In this document: in pieces, positions 32,658-43,244 of the stretch | How positions within the stretch are numbered: the stretch's first letter is position 1 | How the letters are laid out: every line of letters starts with the position of its first letter | Assembly: GCA_963758635.1 (NCBI GenBank) | Contig: CAVWWD010000005.1 | Coordinates: 96,001-160,000 of the forward strand | Length of the DNA stretch: 64,000 bases | Direction of reading: 5' to 3' | From: an uncultured Candidatus Rokubacteria bacterium | GTDB taxonomy: Bacteria > Methylomirabilota > Methylomirabilia > Rokubacteriales > CSP1-6 | Position numbers and translations under genes: made by a program | The notes under the pieces: model-generated | Databases searched by the model: none | Told to the model about the DNA's origin: nothing | The model's input: the letters and a program-made list of their open reading frames with translations, nothing else

Positions 32658-32936
32658 ATGGAGGTTCTCGTCAGGATCCCGACTCCGCTCCGCACGGTCA
32701 CCAAGGGCGCGGCGGAGGTGCACTCGGCCGGTGACAACGTCGCCGGCGTGATCGACGATCTCGAGCGCCAGTATCCGGGCATGCGCGACCGGCTCCTCGA
32801 GGCCAACGGCAGCGTCCGCCGGTTCATCAACCTGTACGTCAACGAGGAAGACATCCGCTTCCTCGACGGGGTCAAGACGTCGCTGAAGGCGGGAGACCAG
32901 GTGTCCATCGTGCCCGCGATCGCCGGGGGCGCGTAA
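32658..32936 (+). CDS. MoaD/ThiS/CysO-like ubiquitin-like sulfur carrier
   Basis: IPTPLR, FINLYVNEEDIRFL, ending PAIAGG-A. Confidence 0.9.
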   Translation: MEVLVRIPTPLRTVTKGAAEVHSAGDNVAGVIDDLERQYPGMRDRLLEANGSVRRFINLYVNEEDIRFLDGVKTSLKAGDQVSIVPAIAGGA

Positions 32937-33037
32937 GCGGGCGGGCGGCCCGCATCATTCGCGAATGAAGACGGATCCTGAAGGGCGCGTGAGTCCGCTG
33001 AGCCCGGTCCTGCACAGGCCGCGGTAGGGCGTCGGGC

Positions 33038-34207
33038 ATGCGCGGCATCTCCCAGCGAGTGCAGGGGTTCACCGAGTCGGTGATCCGCGAGATGACGCGC
33101 GTCAACAACCAGTACGGCGGCATCAACCTCGCCCAGGGCATGCCGAACTTCCCGCCGCCGCCGGAGCTGGTGCAGGCGGCGCACCGCGCGCTCGACGGCG
33201 ACTTCCATCAGTACGCGATCACCTGGGGCACGCCGAGCCTGCGTCAGGCCATCGCGGAGAAGTACCGCCGCTTCTACGGCATGGAGGTGGAGCCCGACCG
33301 CCACCTCACCGTGTGCTGCGGGTCCACGGAGACCATGCTCGCCACGCTCCTCGCCGTGCTCAATCCCGGCGACCAGGTCATCGTCTTCGAGCCCTTCTAC
33401 GAGAACTACGCGCCAGGATGCATCATCGCCGGCGCCGAGCCGATCTGGGTGCCCCTCGAGCCGCCCGACTTCTCGTTCGATCCCGACCGCCTGGCCCGGG
33501 CGGTGACGCCGCGCACGCGCGCCATCATCTTCAACAGCCCCAACAACCCCTCGGGCAAGGTCTTCTCCCGGGCGGACCTCCAGGTCATCGCCGACCTCTG
33601 CCTCGAGCACGACCTGGTCGCCATCACCGACGAGATCTACGAGCACATCGTGTACGACGGCCTCGGCCACACCCCGATCGCGACGCTGCCCGGCATGGCC
33701 GAGCGCACGGTCACGATCTCGGGGATCTCGAAGTCGTACTCGGTGACGGGGTGGCGGATCGGGTACGCCGTCGCGAATCCCGAGCTGTCGGTGGGGATCC
33801 GGCGGGCCCACGACTTCATCACGGTGGGAGCGCCGCACCCGCTCCAGGAGGCGGCCGTCACCGCGCTCCGGTTCCCCGACGCGTACTACACGTACCTGCG
33901 CGAGAGCTACCAGGCGCGCCGCGATCTGCTCTTCGGCCAGGTGGAGTCCGCGGGCTTCGTGGCGTGGAAGCCGAGGGGCGCGTACTACATCCTGACCAAC
34001 GTCGCCCACTTCATGAAGCAGCACGGCTGCGCCGACGACACCGAGTTCGCGATGTTCCTGATCAAGGAGATCGGCGTCGCGACCGTGCCCGGCTCCTCCT
34101 TCTACGCGCATCCCGAGCTCGGCCGGACGAAGATCCGGTTCTGCTTCCCGAAGACCGACGACATGCTGATCGAGGCGGGCCAGCGCCTGCAGAAGCTCGC
34201 CCGTTGA
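33038..34207 (+). CDS. PLP-dependent class I/II aminotransferase
   Basis: INLAQG, NSPNNPSG, TDEIYE, SKSYSVTGWRIG. Confidence 0.92.
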   Translation: MRGISQRVQGFTESVIREMTRVNNQYGGINLAQGMPNFPPPPELVQAAHRALDGDFHQYAITWGTPSLRQAIAEKYRRFYGMEVEPDRHLTVCCGSTETMLATLLAVLNPGDQVIVFEPFYENYAPGCIIAGAEPIWVPLEPPDFSFDPDRLARAVTPRTRAIIFNSPNNPSGKVFSRADLQVIADLCLEHDLVAITDEIYEHIVYDGLGHTPIATLPGMAERTVTISGISKSYSVTGWRIGYAVANPELSVGIRRAHDFITVGAPHPLQEAAVTALRFPDAYYTYLRESYQARRDLLFGQVESAGFVAWKPRGAYYILTNVAHFMKQHGCADDTEFAMFLIKEIGVATVPGSSFYAHPELGRTKIRFCFPKTDDMLIEAGQRLQKLAR

Positions 34208-34358
34208 CTGGCTGGTGCCGGCCGGCGGGCCAGCGCCTGCAGAAGCTCGCCCGTTGACTGGCTGGTGCCGGCCGGCGGGCCAGCGCCTGCAGAAGCTCGC
34301 CCGTTGACTGGCTGGTGCCGGCCGGCCGGCCAGCGCCTGCAGAAGCTCGCGCGTTGAC
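34174..34358 (+). repeat. 50-bp tandem repeat, about 3.7 copies, spanning a stop/start junction
   Basis: Unit GGCGGGCCAGCGCCTGCAGAAGCTCGCCCGTTGACTGGCTGGTGCCGGCC. Confidence 0.95.
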
Positions 34359-35640
34359 CCGGCTGCGGGCCGCCGCCCGCGACATCCTCGACGCCGCCCT
34401 CGCCGCTGCCGACACCCGTCCCCTCGTGGAGCGTGCGCTCGCAGGCCTCGCGCTTCCACGCGGTCGCCTCGTCGTCGTCGGGGCCGGGAAGGCCTCCGGC
34501 GCGATGGCCGACACGGTGGAGCGCGCCCTCGGCGACCGCATCGACGCCGGTCTCGTCGTGGTCAAGGACGGGTACGCCGTTCCTACGCGGCGGATCCGCA
34601 TGATGGAGGCGGGCCACCCCGTCCCCGACGAGCGCGGCGTCCTCGGAGCGCGAGAGATCCTGTCCTTGGCCGGAGCATCGGGGCCCGACGACCTCGTCCT
34701 CGTGCTGGTGTCCGGCGGCGCGTCCGCCCTCCTTCCCGCGCCGGCTCCGCCGATCACGCTCGGCGAGAAGCAGGCGCTGACGCGGACCCTGCTCGGAGCG
34801 GGCGCCACCATCGGACAGCTGAACGCGGTCCGCAAGCACTGCTCGCTGATCAAGGGCGGGCAGCTCGCTCGCGCCGCCGCACCCGCGCGCGTCCACTCGC
34901 TGCTCCTCTCTGACGTGATCGGCGATCCCGTGGACGTGATCGGCTCCGGGCCCACGGCGCCCGACGAGTCGACCTACGCCGTCGCCATGGGAATCCTCGC
35001 CCGCTTCGACGTGCGCGACCGCGTCGCCGCGTCGGTCGTCGATCGTCTCCGGGCCGGGTTGCGCGGCGATGCGCCGGAGACGCCGAAGCCGGACGATCCC
35101 GCCTTCGACCGCGTCGACAACGTCGTCATCGGCAACAACCAGCTCGTGACCGACGCCGCGGTGGCCAGGGCCCGCGCGCTCGGCTTCACCCCGCACCTGC
35201 TCACACGGTCCCTGGAGGGCGAGGCCCGCGAGGTGGCGCGCCAGCTCGCCGGGCTCGGACGTGACGTCCGGGCCGGGCGCGGTCCGGTGCCGAGGCCGGC
35301 GTGCATCGTGGCCGGCGGAGAGACCACCGTGACCGTAACGGGGAGGGGAGCCGGTGGCCGATGCCAGGAGCTCGGGCTGGCCGCCGCCCTCGAGCTCGAC
35401 GGCGCTCCCGGCGTGGTCGTCCTGGCCGCGGGGACCGACGGCACCGATGGCCCGACGCCGGCCGCGGGCGCCATCGTCGACGGCGGGAGCGCGGGGCGCG
35501 CGCGAGCGGCCGGCGACGATCCCGAGCGGCGCATGGCGGACAACGACTCGCACGCCGCGCTGTCCCGCACCGGCGACCTCGTGACCACGGGTCCGACGCG
35601 CACCAACCTGCTCGACCTGTACCTGGTCCTGGTGGAGTAA
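34354..35640 (+). CDS. Glycerate 2-kinase (MOFRL/TtuD family)
   Basis: GAGKA, GHPVPD, SGGASAL, GGETTV, GTDGTDG; TTG start. Confidence 0.9.
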   Translation: MTRLRAAARDILDAALAAADTRPLVERALAGLALPRGRLVVVGAGKASGAMADTVERALGDRIDAGLVVVKDGYAVPTRRIRMMEAGHPVPDERGVLGAREILSLAGASGPDDLVLVLVSGGASALLPAPAPPITLGEKQALTRTLLGAGATIGQLNAVRKHCSLIKGGQLARAAAPARVHSLLLSDVIGDPVDVIGSGPTAPDESTYAVAMGILARFDVRDRVAASVVDRLRAGLRGDAPETPKPDDPAFDRVDNVVIGNNQLVTDAAVARARALGFTPHLLTRSLEGEAREVARQLAGLGRDVRAGRGPVPRPACIVAGGETTVTVTGRGAGGRCQELGLAAALELDGAPGVVVLAAGTDGTDGPTPAAGAIVDGGSAGRARAAGDDPERRMADNDSHAALSRTGDLVTTGPTRTNLLDLYLVLVE

Positions 35641-35733
35641 GCGCACACGCCCACCCCGGCGGGCTGCTCGCCCAGTGGGCAAGGTGCGCTTAGTCCGCGT
35701 TCGTCCTGAGGCGCGGATCGCGAACCCACCGGG

Positions 35734-35767
35734 TTATCCACACCTCTCCCACAGGTTCGGTGGATAA
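35734..35767. promoter_or_regulatory. Cluster of DnaA boxes
   Basis: TTATCCACA (perfect), TCTCCCACA (degenerate), inverted GGTGGATAA (1 mismatch). Confidence 0.55.
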
Positions 35768-35800
35768 CGTCGGCGCGCGCCAGCCCCTACTGCTACGGGC

Positions 35801-35876
35801 GAGCCCGCGCATCAGACCAATGCCGAGCGGTGGGACTGTAGAGGCCCGTGGCGGTTACCGTATTCTGCGAGGGTCA
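35801..35876 (-). repeat. Family B repeat, copy 4
   Basis: Reverse-complement copy upstream of rlmN. Confidence 0.92.
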
Positions 35877-35931
35877 CCGGCGACCCGGCGCCCCCGGGAG
35901 GGTGAAGGCGCTGTGCTATCCTGGCGCGCGT

Positions 35932-36978
35932 ATGTCGCGTGCAAACCTGCTCGATCTCCTTCCGTCCGAGACGGAAGACCTCGCCGCGTCCCTGGGCGCC
36001 GCCCGGTATCGCGGGCGCCAGCTCGCGGGGTGGATCTTCGGCAAGGGCGTCTTCGATCTCGACGCGATGTCGGATCTCCCGCGCGACTTCCGCGAACGGG
36101 TCGCCGAGGGACATGCGATCTCCGTTCCCGAGATCGAGCGCGTCACGCCGTCGCAGGACGGCAGCGAGAAGCTGGTCGTCCGCATGGCCGACGGCGCCCG
36201 CGTGCAGTCGGTGCTCATGCCCGACGATGACCGGCTCACGCTCTGCGTCTCCACCCAGGTGGGCTGCGGCTTCCGGTGCGCGTTCTGCTGCACCGGCACC
36301 ATGGGGGTGGAGCGGGACCTGACCGCGGGGGAGATCGCCGGCCAGTTCCTGGCCGCGCGCCGGACGCTCGCCGCCGGATCGCGCATCACCCACGTCGTCT
36401 ACATGGGGATGGGCGAGCCCCTCGCCAACTACGCGGCCACCGTACGCTCGCTCCGTCTCTTCATCGACCCCCTCGCGATCGGGCTCTCGCCGCGGCGGAT
36501 CACCGTCTCCACCGTGGGCCTGGTGCCGGCGATCGAGCGGCTGGGGCAGGAGGGGCTCCGCGTCAGGCTGGCCATTTCGCTGCACGCCACCACCGACGAG
36601 ACGCGGGACCGCCTGATGCCAGTAAACAAGGGATTCGACCTCGAGGCGCTGCTCGCCGCCTGCCGCCAATTCCCGCTGCCCATGCGCCAGCGCATCACGT
36701 TCGAGTACGTCCTGCTCGACGGCGTGAACGACTCGCCGGACGACGCGCGCCGGCTCGTGAAGCTCTTGCGGGGCATGCGGGCGAAGGTCAACCTCATCCC
36801 GTTCAACCAGTGGGACGGGTCGGCGTTCGAGCGCCCGCCGCTCCAGCGCATCCTCGCCTTCCAGGCGCGCCTGCTCGAGCACGGCATCACCGCCACCGTC
36901 AGGTGGAGCAAGGGAGAGGACATCGGCGCGGCCTGCGGCCAGCTCGCCGAGGGAGTGCCGGCGGACACCGCACGATGA
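35932..36978 (+). CDS. rlmN: 23S rRNA/tRNA m2A methyltransferase
   Basis: CVSTQVGCGFRCAFC, MGMGEP, ITFEYVLL, AACGQL. Confidence 0.95.
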   Translation: MSRANLLDLLPSETEDLAASLGAARYRGRQLAGWIFGKGVFDLDAMSDLPRDFRERVAEGHAISVPEIERVTPSQDGSEKLVVRMADGARVQSVLMPDDDRLTLCVSTQVGCGFRCAFCCTGTMGVERDLTAGEIAGQFLAARRTLAAGSRITHVVYMGMGEPLANYAATVRSLRLFIDPLAIGLSPRRITVSTVGLVPAIERLGQEGLRVRLAISLHATTDETRDRLMPVNKGFDLEALLAACRQFPLPMRQRITFEYVLLDGVNDSPDDARRLVKLLRGMRAKVNLIPFNQWDGSAFERPPLQRILAFQARLLEHGITATVRWSKGEDIGAACGQLAEGVPADTAR

Positions 36979-38339
36979 CGGCGCCGAACGACCGCGCGCG
37001 CCCCACGGTCGCCGTCTCGACGCTGGGGTGCCGGCTGAACCAGGTGGAGTCCCAGGAGATCCTGGCCCTCCTGGAGACGCGGGGATTCCGCGCCGCGCCC
37101 GCCGGCGAGCCGGCGGACGTGCGCGTGGTCAACACGTGCACGGTGACGAGCCGCGCCGACTTCTCCGACCGGCAGACCATCCGCCGCATCCGTCGCGAGG
37201 ATCCAGGCGCCGTGCTCGTCGTGACGGGGTGCTACGCGCAGACCGATCCCGACGCGGTGGCGCGCATCCCCGGCGTGGACCTGGTGCTCGGCAACCAGGA
37301 GAAGTACCGGCTGGCCGACCTCGTCGCGCCCCTGCTGGCTCGGGGGCGGGCCGCCGGCGCCGCTCCGCTGGTGGAGGTCGCGCCCATCGGCCTTGCGCGC
37401 CGCGTGCCGGTGGCCCCGCTCGCGAAGGTGACGGGCCGCTCGCGCGCCTTCGTCAAGGTCCAGGACGGCTGCCAGCATCGCTGCGCGTTCTGCATCGTGC
37501 CCGCGGCGCGCGGCGCGAGCCGGAGCCAGAAGCCGGAGGTCGTGCTCGAGCAGGTCGCCGCGCTCGTGGCCTCCGGGTATCCCGAGGTGACGCTCACCGG
37601 CGTGGACCTCGGTCACTACGGCTGGGACCTCACGCCCCGGTCGAGCCTCGCCGCCCTCGTGGGCCGGCTCGTCGAGACGCCGGGGCTCGGCTGGCTCCGC
37701 CTCTCCTCGATCCTGCCCGCGTACATGAGCCCGGCGCTCATCGAGGTCGTCGCCGGCTCTCCGGTGGTGGCGCCGCACCTCCACGTGCCGCTCCAGAGCG
37801 GCAGCGACCGCGTGCTCCGCCTGATGCGCCGGCCGTACAACGTGCGCATGTACCGGCGGCTCGTCGAGCGCCTCGCCGCCGACATCCCCGACCTGGGGCT
37901 CGGCGCCGACGTGATCGTGGGCCATCCCGGCGAGACGCCCGAGGACTTCCAGGCCACGCTCGACCTCGTGCGCGAGCTCCCGCTGTCCTACCTCCACGTG
38001 TTCTCCTACTCCGATCGCCGCGGCACCGAGGCCACGCGGCTCCCCGCCCGGGTGCCGCCGGGCACGGTGGCCGAGCGCAGCCGCGTCATGCGCGCGGCGG
38101 GGCGGGACAAGAGCCTCGCCTTCCGCCGGCGGCTCGTCGGCCGCGAGCACACCGCGCTCGTGCTGGAGGCGCGCGCCCGCGTCACCGGGCTCGCGGTGGC
38201 GCTGACCGGACACTACGTCGAGGTCCAGGTCGAGGCGCCCGACGGCCTCGCCCGGCGCTTCGTCGACGTGACGGTGACCGAGGCAGGCCCGGAGCGCACG
38301 CTGGGTCGCCTGGCCGCCCGGCAGGCCGTGCCGGCGTGA
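36975..38339 (+). CDS. mtaB: tRNA t6A37 methylthiotransferase
   Basis: TLGCRLNQVES, NTCTVT, KVQDGCQHRCAFC, YLHVFSYS. Confidence 0.9.
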   Translation: MTAPNDRARPTVAVSTLGCRLNQVESQEILALLETRGFRAAPAGEPADVRVVNTCTVTSRADFSDRQTIRRIRREDPGAVLVVTGCYAQTDPDAVARIPGVDLVLGNQEKYRLADLVAPLLARGRAAGAAPLVEVAPIGLARRVPVAPLAKVTGRSRAFVKVQDGCQHRCAFCIVPAARGASRSQKPEVVLEQVAALVASGYPEVTLTGVDLGHYGWDLTPRSSLAALVGRLVETPGLGWLRLSSILPAYMSPALIEVVAGSPVVAPHLHVPLQSGSDRVLRLMRRPYNVRMYRRLVERLAADIPDLGLGADVIVGHPGETPEDFQATLDLVRELPLSYLHVFSYSDRRGTEATRLPARVPPGTVAERSRVMRAAGRDKSLAFRRRLVGREHTALVLEARARVTGLAVALTGHYVEVQVEAPDGLARRFVDVTVTEAGPERTLGRLAARQAVPA

Positions 38340-39241
38340 CGGCCCGCCGGCGGACGGCGTCGGCCGGCGAGGTGACCGTCGGGGTCATCGGCGGCAGCGG
38401 CCTCTACGAGATGGAGGGGCTCACCGGCGTGCGCTGGGTAAAGCTCCGAACCCCGTTCGGCGATCCCTCGGACGCGTACTGCGTGGGGCGCCTCGGGGAT
38501 CGCCGCGTGGTCTTCCTGCCCCGTCACGGGCGCGGACATCGTCTGCTGCCGTCCGAGCTGAACTACCGGGCGAACATCTGGGGGCTCAAGAAGCTCGGCG
38601 CGCAGGCGGTGATCTCGGTCAGCGCGGTCGGGAGCATGCGCGAGGAGATCCGCCCGCTCGACATCGTGGTGCCCGACCAGTTCTACGACCACACGAGGCG
38701 CCGCGTATCGTCGTTCTTCGGCGACGGCATCGTGGCCCACGTGGGGATGGCCCATCCGGTGTGCGGCGACCTCGCCGCGCGGCTCGAGTCGGCGGGGCAG
38801 GAGGTCGGGGCCACCGTGCACCGGGGCGGCACCTACATCTGCATCGAGGGCCCGCAGTTCTCCACGAAGGGCGAATCCGAGATCTACCGGCGGTGGGGCG
38901 TCTCGGTGATCGGCATGACCAACATGCCGGAAGCCAAGCTCGCCCGCGAGGCCGAGCTCTGCTACGCGACCCTCGCGCTGGCCACCGACTTCGACGTCTG
39001 GCATCCCGAGCACGACGCGGTCACGGTGGAGGCGGTGGTGGCGAACCTCATGAAGAACGTGACGACGGCGCGCGAGGTCCTGCGCCGGGTCATCCCGCGC
39101 GTGGCCACGCCGTGCGCCCACGGCTGCGGCGACGCGCTGGCGAACGCCATCATCACCGCGCCGGACGCGTTGTCCACCCGCGCGCGCCGCCGCCTGGCCC
39201 TCCTCATCGATCGCCACGTGCCCCCCCGCCGCCCCCGCTGA
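38336..39241 (+). CDS. mtnP: 5'-methylthioadenosine phosphorylase
   Basis: GVIGGSG, RHGRGH, EGPQFST, GMTNMPEAKLARE, TDFD. Confidence 0.93.
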   Translation: MTARRRTASAGEVTVGVIGGSGLYEMEGLTGVRWVKLRTPFGDPSDAYCVGRLGDRRVVFLPRHGRGHRLLPSELNYRANIWGLKKLGAQAVISVSAVGSMREEIRPLDIVVPDQFYDHTRRRVSSFFGDGIVAHVGMAHPVCGDLAARLESAGQEVGATVHRGGTYICIEGPQFSTKGESEIYRRWGVSVIGMTNMPEAKLAREAELCYATLALATDFDVWHPEHDAVTVEAVVANLMKNVTTAREVLRRVIPRVATPCAHGCGDALANAIITAPDALSTRARRRLALLIDRHVPPRRPR

Positions 39242-39247
39242 TCCCAC

Positions 39248-40252
39248 ATGTCCGAGCCCATCAACGTCCTCGGCATCGGCAATGCGCTGGTCGACGTGCT
39301 GAGCCACGCCACCGACGAGTTCCTGGCCGGCGAGCGCCTCGCCAAGGGCACGATGCACCTGGTGGACGAGGCCCGCGCGCGCCAGCTCTACGCGGCCATG
39401 GGGCCGGGCGTGGAGGTCTCGGGCGGCTCGGCCGCGAACACGATCGTGGGCGTGGCGTCGTTCGGGGGCCGCGCGCAGTACGTCGGCAAGGTCCGCGACG
39501 ACCAGCTCGGCGAGGTGTTCGGTCACGACCTGCGCTCGACGGGCGTCGCGTACACCACGCCGGCAGCGACCGCGGGACCGCCCACCGGGCGCTGCCTGAT
39601 CCTCATCACCCCGGACGCCCAGCGCACCATGAGCACCTTCCTCGGCGCCTCGGTGGAGCTCGGCCCCGACGACATCGACCTGGCGCTGATCGCCCGGGCC
39701 GGCATCCTCTACCTCGAGGGGTATCTCTTCGATCCGCCGCGCGCGCAGGAGGCGTTCCGCGTGGCTGCGCGCGCCGCGCACGCCGCGGGGCGCCAGGTGG
39801 CGCTCACCCTGTCCGACCCGTTCTGCGTGGACCGTCACCGCGAGGCCTTCCTCGACCTGCTCGAGCACCACGTCGACATCCTGTTCGCCAACGAGGCGGA
39901 GATCTGCTCGCTGTTCCGGACCCCGGACTTCGACACGGCGCTCCAGGCCGTGCGCGGCCGGTGCGACCTCGTGGCGCTCACGCGCGGCCCCCGGGGGTCG
40001 GTGCTGGTCGCGGGCGACCGCGTCCACGTGATCGACGCCCACCCCGTGGCCGCCGTCGTCGACAGCACGGGGGCCGGCGACCTGTACGCGGCCGGGGTGC
40101 TCTTCGGCCTGAGCCGCGGGCTCGACCTGGCCACGTGCGGGCGCCTCGGCTCGCTGGCCGCCGCGGAGGTCATCTCGCACGTGGGCGCGCGCCCCGCCGC
40201 GCCGCTGTCCGACGCGGCCCGGACGGTGCTCTCTGGACGCGCAAGCCCTTGA
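39248..40252 (+). CDS. PfkB-family adenosine kinase
   Basis: GNALVD, GGSAANT, LEGYL, DSTGAGDLYAAG. Confidence 0.85.
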   Translation: MSEPINVLGIGNALVDVLSHATDEFLAGERLAKGTMHLVDEARARQLYAAMGPGVEVSGGSAANTIVGVASFGGRAQYVGKVRDDQLGEVFGHDLRSTGVAYTTPAATAGPPTGRCLILITPDAQRTMSTFLGASVELGPDDIDLALIARAGILYLEGYLFDPPRAQEAFRVAARAAHAAGRQVALTLSDPFCVDRHREAFLDLLEHHVDILFANEAEICSLFRTPDFDTALQAVRGRCDLVALTRGPRGSVLVAGDRVHVIDAHPVAAVVDSTGAGDLYAAGVLFGLSRGLDLATCGRLGSLAAAEVISHVGARPAAPLSDAARTVLSGRASP

Positions 40253-40354
40253 CATTGCTCCCAGGGCCGGCGTAGGTTCAGAGGCGTTTTCGCCAGCCCT
40301 GGAACTCTCGAACCGTCGAGGACGCGCACACCTCATCCCCAGGAGGGAGCGGCG

Positions 40355-40828
<474 letters not shown>

Positions 40829-40847
40829 CGGCGCGGGAGGGCCCATC

Positions 40848-43234
40848 ATGGCGACGGCCAGGCTGTTCGGAGCGAGCATCAAGCGGCGCGAGGATCCTCG
40901 CTTCATCACCGGAAAGGGCAACTACACCGACGACGTGAAGCTGGCGGGCATGACGTACGCCGCCTTCGTGCGGAGCCCGCACGCGCACGCCCGCGTCACG
41001 TCGATCGACGTGCGGGCCGCCAAGAGCCACCCCGGCGTGGTGGCGGTGTTCACCGGCAAGGACATGACCGGCGTCAACTCGCTGCCCTGCGGCTGGGACC
41101 TCCGCAAGGAGAAGAACATCCCGGGGGTCGTGCAGGACCTGGCCATGGTGCCGCACATGCCGCTCACGTCGGACGTCGCCCGTCACGTGGGCGACCCGGT
41201 GGCGGTGGTCATCGCGCACAGCCAGGACGCGGCCAACGACGCGGCGGAGAAGGTGGCGGTGGCGTGGGGAGAGCTGCCCGCCGTGACCGCCACCGAGGGG
41301 GCCACGCAGGCGAGCGCGACGCAGATCCACGCCGGCGCCCCGGGCAACGTCGCGTTCCGCTGGGAGCTCGGGGGCGGGGACGTCGACGCCGCCTTCAAGA
41401 GCGCCCACGTGGTGGTGAAGAAGAAGATCGTCAACCAGCGGCTGGTGGCCAACGCGATGGAGCCCCGCGCGTGCGTGGCCCGCTACGAGGATGCCACCGG
41501 CGAGCTGACCCTCTGGGTGACCTCGCAGAACCCGCACGTCCACCGGCTGCTGATGTGCGCCTTCGTCCTCGGCATCCCCGAGAACAAGGTGCGCGTGATC
41601 GCGCCGGACGTGGGCGGCGGCTTCGGGTCGAAGATCTTCCTCTACAACGAGGAGGTCGTGTGCTCGTGGGCGTCCCGGCAGCTCAAGCGGCCGGTGCGCT
41701 GGACGGCGACCCGCCGCGAGGCCTACATGACCGACGCCCACGGCCGGGACCACGTCACCGAGGCGGCGATGGCGATGTCGCAGGACGGGAAGATCCTCGG
41801 CCTGCACGTCAAGACCACCGCCAACCTCGGCGCGTACCTCTCGACCTTCGCGCCCGCGGTGCCCACGTTCCTCTACGGCACCCTGCTGAACGGCGTCTAC
41901 ACGATCGGCGCGATCAAGTGCGAGGTCACCGGGGTCTTCACCAACACCACCGCGGTCGACGCCTACCGCGGCGCGGGCCGGCCCGAGGCGTGCTACGTGC
42001 TCGAGCGGATGGTGGACGCGGCGGCCGCGGCGCTCAAGATGGACCCCGTCGAGGTGCGGCGGAAGAACTTCATCCCGAAGTTCTCCGGCGTCTACCAGAC
42101 GCTGGTCGCCGTGGCCTACGACAGCGGCGACTACGGCAAGGCCCTCGATCGCCTCCTCCAGATGTTCGACTACAAGAAGTTCCGCGCCGAGCAGGCGGAG
42201 GCGCGCAAGCAGGGCCGGCTCATCGGGGTGGGCTTCTCGACCTACATCGAGGCGTGCTCGATCGCGCCGTCGAAGGTGGTGGGCGCGCTCGGCGCGGGCG
42301 CCGGCCTCTACGAGTCCGGCAAGATCCGGGTGCACCCCACGGGGTCGGTGAGCGTGTACACGGGCTCGCACTCCCACGGCCAGGGCCACGAGACGACGTT
42401 CGCCCAGCTCGTGGCCGACGAGCTCCAGGTGCCGATCGAGCAGGTGGAGGTGATCCACGGCGACACCGGCGCCATCCCGTTCGGCATGGGGACCTACGGC
42501 AGCCGCTCCGCCTCCGTCGGGGGCACCGCGCTGCTGATGTCGGTCAACAAGATCAAGGAGAAGGGCAAGCGGATCGCCGCGCACCTCCTGGAGGCCGCCC
42601 CGAGCGACATCGAGTACACCAACGGGCAGTTCTCGGTCCGGGGCGCGCCGGGCAAGGCCGTGCCGTTCGGCGCGGTGGCCCTGACCGCCTACGTGCCCCA
42701 CAACTATCCCGAGGGGCTCGAGCCCGGCCTCGAGGAGACGAGCTTCTACGATCCGTCCAACTTCTGCTTCCCGTTCGGGGCGCACGCGTGCGTCGTCGAG
42801 GTGGATCCCGACACCGGCGAGGTCAAGATCCTCCGCTACGTGGCGGTGGACGACGTGGGCAACGTCATCAACCCGATGATCGTCGACGGCATGGTGCACG
42901 GCGGCATCGCGCAGGGCGTGGGCCAGGCCCTGTGGGAGGGCGCGGTGTACGACAGCGGGTCCGGCCAGCTCGTCACCGGCACGATGATGGACTATGCCCT
43001 GCCCAAGGCCGACATGCTGCCGCTCTACGAGACGGACCGCACCGAGACGCCCACGCCCGTCAACCCGCTCGGCATCAAGGGGGCGGGGAGACGGGGACCA
43101 TCGCGGCGACGCCGGCGGTCGTGAACGCCGTGGTGGACGCGCTCTCGGGGCTCGGGGTCGACCACATCGAGGCAATGCCGCTCACCCCGGAGCGCGTGTG
43201 GAAGACCGCACACGCCGCCCGAGCGAAGAACTAG
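40848..43234 (+). CDS. coxL: Xanthine-oxidase-family large subunit, form II CoxL-like (frameshift near 43085)
   Basis: [15 protein letters not shown] (form II motif), GQGHET, GSRS, GIKGAGE. Confidence 0.88.
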
Positions 43235-43244
43235 GGGGTCACGC

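Noticed and set aside
34174..34358. CRISPR array
   Set aside because: Units are contiguous with no unique spacers, and there are no cas genes in the window.
35734..35767. oriC
   Set aside because: Too few boxes, no AT-rich DUE, and no dnaA/dnaN nearby.
40848..43234. Bona fide form I aerobic CO dehydrogenase
   Set aside because: The active-site loop is AYRGAGR and the gene order is SLM.
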